This document shows positions 40,348 to 50,261 of a stretch of 64,000 nt of DNA, in pieces. Position 1 is the stretch's first letter. The number at the start of each line of letters is the position of its first letter. The stretch lies in contig CALXUT010000036.1 in the NCBI GenBank assembly GCA_944391755.1, forward strand, positions 8,186 to 72,185, in the 5' to 3' direction. Made by a program: the position numbers and the translations under genes. Source of the stretch: an uncultured Clostridia bacterium (lineage in GTDB: Bacteria > Bacillota > Clostridia > TANB77 > CAG-508). The notes under the pieces are model-generated. The model searched no databases, was not told the DNA's origin, and worked only from the letters and a program-made list of their open reading frames with translations.

Positions 40348-41688
40348 ATGAATATTATTGAAAAAATCAAAAAAATTACTTTAGAAAAGATGTTCCTTTT
40401 CGTAGTAATACCAATAGGAATAGCCTATATGCTATTTATGTTGCCAACATATGCTCCAGATGAAAGTGCACATATATGGAAAGCATATGAAGTATCTAAA
40501 GGAGTATTCTTTACCAACGGAAAAACAGTTGTACCTAAAGAATTACTTGAATATCAACAAGAATCCTTAAATACATATAATGCGTTAAAACAAAGCTTGG
40601 ATAAAAAAACGGATTATAATGATACAGTAGAAATAATAACACCAGCACAGTCATATCCATTTTTCTTATATATACCGTCAGCAATAGGTATTGCAATAGG
40701 AAGAATATTAGACATAAATATATTATATGGTATTTATTTAGGAAAAGTATTTAATTTTATTATATATGTTAGTATAGGATATTATGCCATAAAGAAAATG
40801 CCATTTGGAAAAATAGTAACTTTTGTTTACTTATTATTACCAATGATATTATGCCAAGCAATTTCTTTATCTGCAGATTCTATATTAAATTCATTAATAG
40901 TATTGTATATAGCATTTATATTACAATTATTCTACAAAGAAAAAATAACCCAAATGGATAAAATACTATGCATGATATTACCAATCATCATATCCATATC
41001 TAAACTAACTTATTTTCCGATTGTAGGACTGAATTTTTTATTAATCAATAAAAAAGAATTCGACAAAAAAGAAAAATATATAGTACTAGGATTAGGAACA
41101 GTTATTTGTTTAGTAAGTGTCATATTGTATTATTTATATACAACGAGTTTTGAAACAGCACCAGCAGTAAAAACATATATGGAACAAGAAAATGTAAATT
41201 CTACAGAACAAATAAAATTTATATTAACCAATCCAATAATGTATATAAAAGCTATGATAAAAACAGTATTTACATATGGACAATATTATATAGATACATT
41301 TATTGGTTCACAATTAGGGTGGCTAAATATAGGAGTTAATAGAACAATTATTAATGCATTTTTAATTATATTATTATTTTCACCATTTGTAGAAGAAAAT
41401 GATAAAGAATTAAATAAAAAACAAAAAATATGGATATGTTTATTGGCTATAGCAACAATCATACTTATTATTACAGGTTTATATATAACGTGGTCTCCAG
41501 TAGGTGGAGAAGTCGCAGTAGGTGTTCAAGGAAGATATTTTATACCAATTGTTATATTATTTTTATTATGTTTATGTATGAAAGAAAATTACATAAAGAT
41601 AGAACATGTAAATAGATGGACAGCAGTATTGATAATTATTCTTAACTTACTTGTATTAATAACAATTTTAAAATTTTTTTATATATAA
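40348..41688 (+). CDS. Polytopic membrane protein (446 aa), GT-C-like, with a PDESAH motif
   Basis: Multiple TM helices. Paralog of 36888. Confidence 0.55.
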   Translation: MNIIEKIKKITLEKMFLFVVIPIGIAYMLFMLPTYAPDESAHIWKAYEVSKGVFFTNGKTVVPKELLEYQQESLNTYNALKQSLDKKTDYNDTVEIITPAQSYPFFLYIPSAIGIAIGRILDINILYGIYLGKVFNFIIYVSIGYYAIKKMPFGKIVTFVYLLLPMILCQAISLSADSILNSLIVLYIAFILQLFYKEKITQMDKILCMILPIIISISKLTYFPIVGLNFLLINKKEFDKKEKYIVLGLGTVICLVSVILYYLYTTSFETAPAVKTYMEQENVNSTEQIKFILTNPIMYIKAMIKTVFTYGQYYIDTFIGSQLGWLNIGVNRTIINAFLIILLFSPFVEENDKELNKKQKIWICLLAIATIILIITGLYITWSPVGGEVAVGVQGRYFIPIVILFLLCLCMKENYIKIEHVNRWTAVLIIILNLLVLITILKFFYI

Positions 41689-41705
41689 TAGAGGAGAAAT
41701 AATTA

Positions 41706-42419
41706 ATGAAAGTTTTACTAATCATACCAGCATATAATGAACAAGAAAATATAAAAAATACCGTAAAAAAGATAGAAGAATTTAGTAATGAACTAGATTA
41801 TATAGTGATTAATGATGGTTCAACAGATAATACAGAAAAAATATTACAAAAAAATCATATTCATCATATAAAATTGGTAAATAACCTTGGAATCGGTGGA
41901 GCAGTTCAAACTGGATATAAATATGCCTATGAAAATGGATATGATATAGCCATTCAATTCGATGGAGATGGACAACATGATGTTAATTATATACCACAAA
42001 TATGTGAACCATTAATAAATGGACAAGCAGACATGTGTATAGGTACTAGATATTTAGATAAAAGCGAAAGTAAATTCCAATCTACTTTTATGAGAAGATT
42101 AGGAGCAAATATTATATCCTTTTTTATAAAAATATGCACAGGAAAAAAAATTACAGATCCAACATCAGGATTTAGAGCAGTTAATAAAACGGTTATAGAA
42201 GAATTTGCGAAACAGTATCCTACAGAATATCCAGAGCCAGAATCAACAGTATCCTTATTAGTAAATGGATACAAAGTACAAGAAGTACCTGTGAGTATGA
42301 ATGAAAGGACAGGAGGCGTTTCATCTATCAGACTTTTTAAAACAATCGATTATATGGCAAAAGTAGTATTAGCAATCATTATAGATAGTATAAGTTTTAG
42401 AAAAAGGAGGAAGAAATAA
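41706..42419 (+). CDS. DPM1/GtrB-like GT2 without C-terminal TM helices (237 aa)
   Basis: LIIPAYNE..INDGSTDNT..DGDGQHD. Confidence 0.75.
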   Translation: MKVLLIIPAYNEQENIKNTVKKIEEFSNELDYIVINDGSTDNTEKILQKNHIHHIKLVNNLGIGGAVQTGYKYAYENGYDIAIQFDGDGQHDVNYIPQICEPLINGQADMCIGTRYLDKSESKFQSTFMRRLGANIISFFIKICTGKKITDPTSGFRAVNKTVIEEFAKQYPTEYPEPESTVSLLVNGYKVQEVPVSMNERTGGVSSIRLFKTIDYMAKVVLAIIIDSISFRKRRKK

Positions 42420-42778
42420 TGCAGTTATCATTAAAAATAGCTTTAATATGTATATTAATTATTTATTTATTTTGTATACTAAAAGCTGTAAAAAGAAAAA
42501 ATATGAGAATTGGCTATTTAATATTTTGGTCAATAACAGGAATCATATTAATTATTGCATTACTTGTTCCCAATTTAGTAGATACAATTTCCTCTAAATT
42601 AGGGTTTGAAATGACCATAAATATGATATTTAGTGTGGCAATATTTATTATATTATATTTAATATTTCATTTAACGATTCTGATATCAAAAGAAGAAAAT
42701 AAAAATACATTATTAGTACAAGAAATTTCTATGTTAAAAAAGAGAGTAGAAGAATTAGAAAATAAAGAGGAGAAATAA
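42419..42778 (+). CDS. Small 3-4 TM membrane protein with a C-terminal coiled coil (GtrA/DUF2304-like partner; assignment uncertain)
   Basis: Start overlaps the upstream stop by 1 nt. 119 aa. Confidence 0.5.
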   Translation: MQLSLKIALICILIIYLFCILKAVKRKNMRIGYLIFWSITGIILIIALLVPNLVDTISSKLGFEMTINMIFSVAIFIILYLIFHLTILISKEENKNTLLVQEISMLKKRVEELENKEEK

Positions 42779-42779
42779 G

Positions 42780-43820
42780 ATGGATAAAAAAATAAAACTT
42801 TCCATAGTAGCGGCTGTATATAATTTAGAAAAATATTTACCAAGATGTCTAGATGCATTGGTAAATCAAACGATGCAAGATATAGAAATCCTATGCGTAG
42901 ATGATGGGTCAACAGATAGTGCGCCACAAATTATAGAAGAATATCAAAAAAAATATCCAGAAAAAATTAAAGTATTTCATAAAGAAAACGGAGGAGAATT
43001 TACAACAAGAAATTATGGACTAGAACGAGCACAAGGGGAATATGTCACATTTGTAGATACAGATGATTATGTTGAACTAACTTGGGCTGAAAAACTATAC
43101 AATGCAGCAAAAGAAAATGATGCAGATTTAGCTGTATGTGGATTTGAAAGAATCGATTTAGCAACCAATAAAGTGGTTGCAACCAATATGACGAATTTTG
43201 GAAATACAGTAAAAGAAGTAAATCCAAAAGACGATTATTTATTATTCATTAATCCTGCACCTTGGAACAAAGTATATAAAAGAGAAAAAATAAAAGATTT
43301 AAGGTTTTTACCATTCAGAGGATTTAATGATACAATGTTTTTGGCAAGTTGTTATACAAGAATAGAGAAAATTGCATTTATACCAGATGTATTATATCAT
43401 TATTATTTAAGATATGATTCTCAAATACACACTGTAAATGAACAAGATGTGAACAACTTAAAAAAATATTTACTAAAAGTAAAAGATTTATACATAAAAT
43501 CTAACAAGTATGAAGAAATGAAATACATATTAGACACATTTGCATTTTTGCATTTAGGAACATCCGTTATGTACAGAGTATCTTATGATAAATCTGTAGA
43601 TATGAAAAAGATGCTAAAAGATACCATAAAATATTTAGATGACAATTTTGAAAATTGGAGAAAATCACCATTTTTAAAATTAGGATATTCACTAAAAAAA
43701 GGTTTTAAACATATAGCATTATGGGGAGTATCTTTATTTTATAAATGGGGAATGCCAATGATATATATAAAAGTATATAGATTTTTAGTGGATAAATTAA
43801 AAATAGATATTAAGTTTTAA
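42780..43820 (+). CDS. Glycosyltransferase family 2
   Basis: IVAAVYN...VDDGSTD...VDTDD. Confidence 0.8.
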   Translation: MDKKIKLSIVAAVYNLEKYLPRCLDALVNQTMQDIEILCVDDGSTDSAPQIIEEYQKKYPEKIKVFHKENGGEFTTRNYGLERAQGEYVTFVDTDDYVELTWAEKLYNAAKENDADLAVCGFERIDLATNKVVATNMTNFGNTVKEVNPKDDYLLFINPAPWNKVYKREKIKDLRFLPFRGFNDTMFLASCYTRIEKIAFIPDVLYHYYLRYDSQIHTVNEQDVNNLKKYLLKVKDLYIKSNKYEEMKYILDTFAFLHLGTSVMYRVSYDKSVDMKKMLKDTIKYLDDNFENWRKSPFLKLGYSLKKGFKHIALWGVSLFYKWGMPMIYIKVYRFLVDKLKIDIKF

Positions 43821-43835
43821 AGGATGGAATAAAAA

Positions 43836-44777
43836 ATGAAAATAGGAGTTGTATTAGTTACATATAATCGATTAGATAAATTAAAAATAGCATTAGCATC
43901 TTACGAAAAACAGAAAGTAAGACCTAAATACATATTAATCATAAATAATAATAGTACAGATGGAACAAAGGCATATTTAGAAGAATGGCAAAATGAGAAA
44001 ACAGAAATTGAAAAAATAGTGGTCAATCTTGATAAAAATACTGGTGGAAGCGGAGGTTTTTATGAAGGTTTAAAAAACAGCTTAGAATTAGATGCTGATT
44101 GGATATGGGTAGCAGATGATGATGCTTATCCAAAGGAAAATGCGTTTGCAATCGCACAAAATTATATTCAAAATTATCCAAATGCAGATACAGAACTATC
44201 AGCAATATGTGGAACGGTATTAAAAAGTGATGGAACAACCATTGATTGTTCTCATAGAAGAAGGATATATACAACTCTATTTAACAGAATTGCACAACCA
44301 TATTCTAAGAAAAAAGACTATGAACAAGAAGAATTTGAGATAAATGGATTTTCCTATGTTGGAACAATGATTAATAAAGAAAAAATGAAGCAAATCCCAT
44401 TAACAAAAAAAGATTATTTTATTTATTATGATGATACAGATCATAGTTATCGATTATCAAAAGTCGGAAAAATTATATGTATTCCAAAAATGCAAGTGAT
44501 TCATGATGCGCCACATAGTGAAATGAACCAAATTGTAAAATGGAAATTATATTATTTAGTAAGAAATACATTAGATTTTATAAAAAATAATTTTGATGAA
44601 AAATACTTTAAAGAACAATGCTTTGAAGTACCATTCAAATTTAAAGTAGCCGTATGTTTATTTGGAAAAGATAAAAAATATGGTTATCAAATGATAAATG
44701 AAGCTGTAAAAGATGCAAAACTAGGAAAAACAGGATTACATGAAATTTATAAGCCGGGGTGGAATCCTAATAAATAG
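43836..44777 (+). CDS. Glycosyltransferase family 2 (GlfT/WbbL-like; GGSGGF...DDDAYP)
   Basis: Motifs as listed. Paralog of 46248. Confidence 0.75.
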   Translation: MKIGVVLVTYNRLDKLKIALASYEKQKVRPKYILIINNNSTDGTKAYLEEWQNEKTEIEKIVVNLDKNTGGSGGFYEGLKNSLELDADWIWVADDDAYPKENAFAIAQNYIQNYPNADTELSAICGTVLKSDGTTIDCSHRRRIYTTLFNRIAQPYSKKKDYEQEEFEINGFSYVGTMINKEKMKQIPLTKKDYFIYYDDTDHSYRLSKVGKIICIPKMQVIHDAPHSEMNQIVKWKLYYLVRNTLDFIKNNFDEKYFKEQCFEVPFKFKVAVCLFGKDKKYGYQMINEAVKDAKLGKTGLHEIYKPGWNPNK

Positions 44778-44790
44778 TGAAAGGTAAAAA

Positions 44791-46251
44791 ATGAAAAAGA
44801 GTATAGCAAAAAATTACATATATAACTTAATATATCAAATGTTAACAATATTATTACCATTAATAACAACACCATATTTATCCAGAGTATTAGGTGCTGA
44901 AAATATAGGAATCTATGGATATACCATATCTATTGTAACCTATTTTATATTATTTGGAACACTTGGAGTTTCTATGTATGGACAAAGAGAAATTGCTTAT
45001 TTACAAGATGACAAGCAAAAAAGAAGTAAAGCTTTTTGGGAAATTGTTTTCATACGATTTATAACACTTTCTATTTCAATAATATTATTTTTCTTAATAT
45101 ATGGTAGAGATGGAGATTATGCAATATATTATAGAATATTAATCATTCAATTGATAGCAAATATTTTTGATATTAGTTGGTTATTCCAAGGAATAGAAGA
45201 ATTTGATAAAACAGTTATTAGAAATTTAATTGTAAAATTCTTAAGTTTAGTATTGATATTTGTCATGATAAAAACACCAGATGACTTATGGAAATATTTT
45301 GTCATATATGTTGGCGCAGAATTAATAGGAAATGTTTCCTTATGGTTATATATACCGAAATATTTAGAAAAAGTTAAGATAAAAAGTTTACAATTAAAAA
45401 AACATTTACGCCCTATATTATCATTGTTTGTACCACAAATTGCAGTCCAAATATATACTGTTTTAGATAAAACAATGATAGGAAAAATTACAGGAGACAT
45501 GACAGAAGTTGGTTATTATGAACAAGCACAAAAAATAATAAAAGCAGCTCTTATCATAGTAACTGCTTTGCAAACCGTTATGAATTCAAGAGTTGCCAAT
45601 GCATATGCTAAAAATGATAAAAAAGAGATAAAAGACTGTTTAGAAAAATCATTTAATTTTACATTTTTATTGTCTATACCAATGGCATTTGGAATAATGG
45701 CAATAGCTACAAAATTTGTACCATGGTATTATGGAGAAGGATTTGATGGAGTAATACCTTTATTAATTTCAACAGCTCCCATATTGATTGTAATAGGACT
45801 TAGTGGTATAACAGGAACACAATACCTTGTACAAATAGGAAAACAAAAAGTATATACCATTTCTGTAGCAGTGGGAGCTGGCGTAAATGTGATATTAAAT
45901 CTAATATTAATTAATTATTTTAATGCAGTAGGAGCTGTAATCGCATCTATATTTGCAGAAATTACAGTACTAGGAATACAATTAAAATATTTTAAAGAAC
46001 AATTTACTGTTTGGGAAATATTAAAATTATCAGTAAAATGTTTTATTAGTGGAATTGTCATGTTTGCTGTTGTAGCAATTTTAACAAGATTTATGCCAGT
46101 AAGTATTTTAAATACAATTATTGAAGTAATAGTTGGTGGAATTGTATATGTATTAATGTTAATCATATTGAAATATAAATTTTTATATGATATATATGGT
46201 CAAGTAATAAATAGTATAAAAAATAAATTTAAAAAGGAAATTAAGATATGA
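44791..46251 (+). CDS. Wzx-like polysaccharide flippase (MOP superfamily)
   Basis: 14-TM protein with an N-terminus typical of RfbX/Wzx. Confidence 0.8.
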   Translation: MKKSIAKNYIYNLIYQMLTILLPLITTPYLSRVLGAENIGIYGYTISIVTYFILFGTLGVSMYGQREIAYLQDDKQKRSKAFWEIVFIRFITLSISIILFFLIYGRDGDYAIYYRILIIQLIANIFDISWLFQGIEEFDKTVIRNLIVKFLSLVLIFVMIKTPDDLWKYFVIYVGAELIGNVSLWLYIPKYLEKVKIKSLQLKKHLRPILSLFVPQIAVQIYTVLDKTMIGKITGDMTEVGYYEQAQKIIKAALIIVTALQTVMNSRVANAYAKNDKKEIKDCLEKSFNFTFLLSIPMAFGIMAIATKFVPWYYGEGFDGVIPLLISTAPILIVIGLSGITGTQYLVQIGKQKVYTISVAVGAGVNVILNLILINYFNAVGAVIASIFAEITVLGIQLKYFKEQFTVWEILKLSVKCFISGIVMFAVVAILTRFMPVSILNTIIEVIVGGIVYVLMLIILKYKFLYDIYGQVINSIKNKFKKEIKI

Positions 46252-47144
46252 ACAAAATAGTAGCCTTAGTTGTAACTTACAATAGAAAAAATATGTTAAA
46301 AGAAAATATAGAAGCATTATTAAACCAAACAACAAAAGAATTTGATATACTTATTGTTGACAATGCTAGTACAGACGGAACAGAAGAAGTCGTTAAAAAC
46401 TATAAAGATGAAAGAATCATATATAAGAACACAGGTGCCAATTTAGGGGGAGCTGGAGGTTTTAACTATGGAGTAAAATATAGTATAGAACAAGGATATG
46501 AATATTGTTGGTTAATGGATGATGATACGATTCCAAAAGAAAATTCCCTAGAAGAATTGTCAAAGAATGCCAATAAACTAAATGACGAATTTTCATATTT
46601 ATGTAGTTATGTAGAATGGACAGATGGCGCACCTTGTAAAATGAATATGCCTAGAATAGACAAAAATTGGTTTGAATATGCTGATAAATTACAATATAGT
46701 TTATTAAAAATACTTAGTTGTACATTTGTGTCTGTATTTATCAATTTAAAACTTGCGAAAAATCAAGGATTGCCAGTAAAAGAAATGTTTATATATGGTG
46801 ATGACCATGAATATACAGAAAGAATAGGCAAAGAAAAAAATGGGTATTTGAGTTTTAATAGTGTTGTTGTACACAAAATGGGAAGTAATACAGGATTTGA
46901 TATTGTAAATATTCCGAAAGACAGAATATCAAGGTATTACTATGACAGCAGAAATAGATTTTATAGAGTTAGAAAAAGCAATTTTTATGAAAAAATAGCA
47001 TATCTAGGATGGATTGTTATGTCTATATTTAGAATTCTATTTCAATCAAAAGATAGTAAATTAAAAAGAATAGGTGTTATTTTAAAAGGATTTTTTGCAG
47101 GAATATTTTTTAATCCAAAATTAGAATATGCAAAAATAAAATAG
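46248..47144 (+). CDS. Glycosyltransferase family 2, probable galactofuranosyltransferase
   Basis: LVVTYNR..VDNASTDGT..GGAGGF..DDD. Directly upstream of glf. Confidence 0.7.
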   Translation: MNKIVALVVTYNRKNMLKENIEALLNQTTKEFDILIVDNASTDGTEEVVKNYKDERIIYKNTGANLGGAGGFNYGVKYSIEQGYEYCWLMDDDTIPKENSLEELSKNANKLNDEFSYLCSYVEWTDGAPCKMNMPRIDKNWFEYADKLQYSLLKILSCTFVSVFINLKLAKNQGLPVKEMFIYGDDHEYTERIGKEKNGYLSFNSVVVHKMGSNTGFDIVNIPKDRISRYYYDSRNRFYRVRKSNFYEKIAYLGWIVMSIFRILFQSKDSKLKRIGVILKGFFAGIFFNPKLEYAKIK

Positions 47145-47155
47145 TGGAGGTAAAT

Positions 47156-48262
47156 ATGAAAAAATATGATTATTTAATAGTAGGTGCTGGACTATATGGA
47201 GCAACATTTGCTTATGAAATGAGTAAAAAAGGAAAGAAATGCTTAGTAATAGATAGAAGAAACCATATTGGAGGAAATATTTATTGCGAAAAAATCAATG
47301 ATATCAATGTACATAAATATGGCGCACACATATTCCATACAAGTGATAAAGAAATTTGGGAATATGTAAATCAATTTGTAGAGTTTAATAACTACATCAA
47401 TTCACCTATTGCTAATTATAAAGGAGAAATATATAATCTTCCATTTAATATGAATACATTTTCTAAATTATGGGGAGTTATCACACCAAAACAAGCGCAA
47501 GAAAAAATAGAAGAACAAAAAGCAATGTTCAACATAAAAGAGCCTAAAAACTTAGAAGAACAAGCAATATCATTAGTTGGACAAGATATATATTTAAAAT
47601 TGGTAAAAGAATATACAGAAAAACAATGGGGAAGAGATTGCAAAGACTTACCAGCATTTATCATAAAAAGATTACCTGTAAGATTTACATATGATAACAA
47701 CTATTTTAATGATAGATATCAAGGAATTCCTATTGGAGGATATAATGTAATCATTGAGAAAATGTTGGCAAAAGCGGATGTTGAATTAGGAGTAGACTAT
47801 CTAAAAAATAAAGAAAAATACAACAAATTAGCAGACAAAATAGTATATACAGGAATGATGGATGAATATTTTGATTACAAATATGGAAATTTAGAATGGC
47901 GTTCTTTAAAATTTGAAAATGAGATATATGAAGATATAGATAATTATCAAGGAAATGCCGTTGTTAATTATACAAGCCATGATGAAAAATTTACAAGAAT
48001 CATAGAACATAAACATTTTGAATTTAACTCTTGTAAAGGAACCATTATTACAAAAGAATATCCAATGAATTGGAAACTTGGAGATGAAGCTTATTACCCA
48101 GTAAATGATGAGAAAAATAATGCATTATTTGCTCAATACAAAGAATTAGCAGATAAAGAAAAAAATGTGATATTTGGTGGAAGACTTGGAAATTACAAAT
48201 ATTATGATATGGATAAAGTAATAAGAGCAGCTTTAGATAAAATAAAAGCAATTAAATTATAA
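47156..48262 (+). CDS. glf: UDP-galactopyranose mutase (ATG 47156 preferred)
   Basis: FAD-binding DYLIVGAGLYG, HIGGN, YGAHIFHT. GGAGG RBS. Confidence 0.92.
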   Translation: MKKYDYLIVGAGLYGATFAYEMSKKGKKCLVIDRRNHIGGNIYCEKINDINVHKYGAHIFHTSDKEIWEYVNQFVEFNNYINSPIANYKGEIYNLPFNMNTFSKLWGVITPKQAQEKIEEQKAMFNIKEPKNLEEQAISLVGQDIYLKLVKEYTEKQWGRDCKDLPAFIIKRLPVRFTYDNNYFNDRYQGIPIGGYNVIIEKMLAKADVELGVDYLKNKEKYNKLADKIVYTGMMDEYFDYKYGNLEWRSLKFENEIYEDIDNYQGNAVVNYTSHDEKFTRIIEHKHFEFNSCKGTIITKEYPMNWKLGDEAYYPVNDEKNNALFAQYKELADKEKNVIFGGRLGNYKYYDMDKVIRAALDKIKAIKL

Positions 48263-48314
48263 GTGAAACTTTTTTAAAAAACGAAATTGTCTATTAAATA
48301 GATGTAAACAAAGG

Positions 48315-50195
48315 GTGAAAAATGTGATAATATTAAAAAGTTTATTATTTTTAGTAAGTATAGTATTTATTATATATAGATTTGGAGTCATCATAGAAAA
48401 ATTAATAGGAAAGCTGAAATTAGAAAATATATTTATTTATGGTGTACTATTATTATTTGCAGTTAGCCAACTTGTTTTAACACCGTGTGCTTTACTACAT
48501 ACAGCATTTAATAATTGCATAATAGCAATGGTTACAGTTATTATATTGTTATTAATAATATCATTTGTATTACCAACTAAAACCAAAAAAGAAAAAATAA
48601 ATATATGGGAATATATAAAGAGAAAAAACAAAGAAACATCAACGAGTGATAAAATAATAACTTGCATAATGATATGTTTAATTGCTTTTCAAACAATAAC
48701 AACAGCAGTATTATTCAGAGAAAATGCAGATGATTCCTATTATGTAAGTTTAACGACATCAAGCATTGATAGTGAAAGCGTATATATGGAAGAACCTAGT
48801 ATGGGCTACAAAAATGAAGAACATACTCTATTATTGCCTACAGAACAAATTCCAACTTATGAACTTGAAATAGCAGTATTTTCAAAAATATTTGATATAA
48901 GTCCACCAATCATTTATCACACATTGTTACCAATCATTTTTATAATCATTTCATATATGACATATTATTATTTTGCTAGAAGTTTTATGAATGCAAAAGA
49001 TGCCAAGATATTTATCATATTTTTATCCGTTATTTTTATGTTTACAGGTTTTACGACGAAATATAGAACAGGATGTTTATTATGCAAAATGTGGCAAGGA
49101 AAAGCAATTTTTATAAATATTGTTTTAAATATGATATTAGCATCTTTAATAAGAATGAACAAAAAAGTAAGAAAAACAGATGTAGTAATACTAACATTAG
49201 CAAATTTAAGTGCCATACATTTAACATCAACAGCAATTTTTCTAGTAACATTTATCTATTTAGCTTTTGGCATTTTTAAATTAATAAATAAGAAAATAAA
49301 AGACATTTTATATTTATGTATTACTTTTTTACCAATTTTAGTTTATGTACTATTATTACTATTATTAATGAGGACACACTTTACAGAAGTAGTATTACCA
49401 CAACATCCAGTAACAATGTTAGATACAATAAATACTTATGGTAACAGAATGTATTTAATATATTACTTAATATCTGTAATCATAATTGCCATATTAGGAA
49501 ATAAAGAGGCTAAAAAATATTTTGTAATTATACAATTAATTAATTTATTAACAATATGGAACCCTTTATTTTCAAATCTAATAGCTAGGTATTTAACAAG
49601 TTCTGATACTTTCTGGAGAGTGTTATGGTTATTACCACTAGAAACAACAATCGCATATGCTATTACAATCATCATACAAAAGGCAAAAAATATTCAATTA
49701 AAAATTCCAATTATAATAATAAGTTTCATCATCATAGTAATTCCTGGTAAGTTTGTTTATACAACAGGAATTACGGAAAACTTAGAAAAAATTCCACAAT
49801 ATATAATAGATCAAACAAATTATATTTTGGAAAAAGAAAGCGAAGAGGAAGAGATTGTTGTATTAGCTCCACCAATTGATGCACTACATGGTTCTACAAT
49901 GAGACAATTATCTTCAAAAATAAAATTAATCTATTCTAGAAATTTTTATTTAGATAAAATTGACAATAAGGAAATTGTTGAAGAAAGAAAAAAATTAGTA
50001 GAAGCTTGTTACTCTGAAACACATACTATTCCAGTAGAAGAATTTAATACTTTATTAGAAAAAAATAAAGTCCAATGGATAATTGTAAGTTCAGAAGATA
50101 AAGATGCGATTGAGTATGTAGATAAATCTATAATGAGTAGAGATACAGAAATTGGTGGTTATACATTATATACAATAAATGAATTGACAAAATAA
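48315..50195 (+). CDS. Polytopic membrane protein (626 aa) with an ENADDSYY motif and a C-terminal soluble domain; GT-C-like candidate
   Basis: Many TM helices. GTG start at 48315 or 48324. Confidence 0.5.
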   Translation: MKNVIILKSLLFLVSIVFIIYRFGVIIEKLIGKLKLENIFIYGVLLLFAVSQLVLTPCALLHTAFNNCIIAMVTVIILLLIISFVLPTKTKKEKINIWEYIKRKNKETSTSDKIITCIMICLIAFQTITTAVLFRENADDSYYVSLTTSSIDSESVYMEEPSMGYKNEEHTLLLPTEQIPTYELEIAVFSKIFDISPPIIYHTLLPIIFIIISYMTYYYFARSFMNAKDAKIFIIFLSVIFMFTGFTTKYRTGCLLCKMWQGKAIFINIVLNMILASLIRMNKKVRKTDVVILTLANLSAIHLTSTAIFLVTFIYLAFGIFKLINKKIKDILYLCITFLPILVYVLLLLLLMRTHFTEVVLPQHPVTMLDTINTYGNRMYLIYYLISVIIIAILGNKEAKKYFVIIQLINLLTIWNPLFSNLIARYLTSSDTFWRVLWLLPLETTIAYAITIIIQKAKNIQLKIPIIIISFIIIVIPGKFVYTTGITENLEKIPQYIIDQTNYILEKESEEEEIVVLAPPIDALHGSTMRQLSSKIKLIYSRNFYLDKIDNKEIVEERKKLVEACYSETHTIPVEEFNTLLEKNKVQWIIVSSEDKDAIEYVDKSIMSRDTEIGGYTLYTINELTK

Positions 50196-50261
50196 GGAAA
50201 AATTTAAATATGGTTGTTAAATCATAAAAATTATGATAATATAAAAATGGGTGAGGAAAAA

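Noticed and set aside
41430-41615. 61-aa + strand ORF nested in the 40348-41688 membrane gene
   Set aside because: It is in a different frame inside a well-supported CDS, has no RBS, and has an odd composition.
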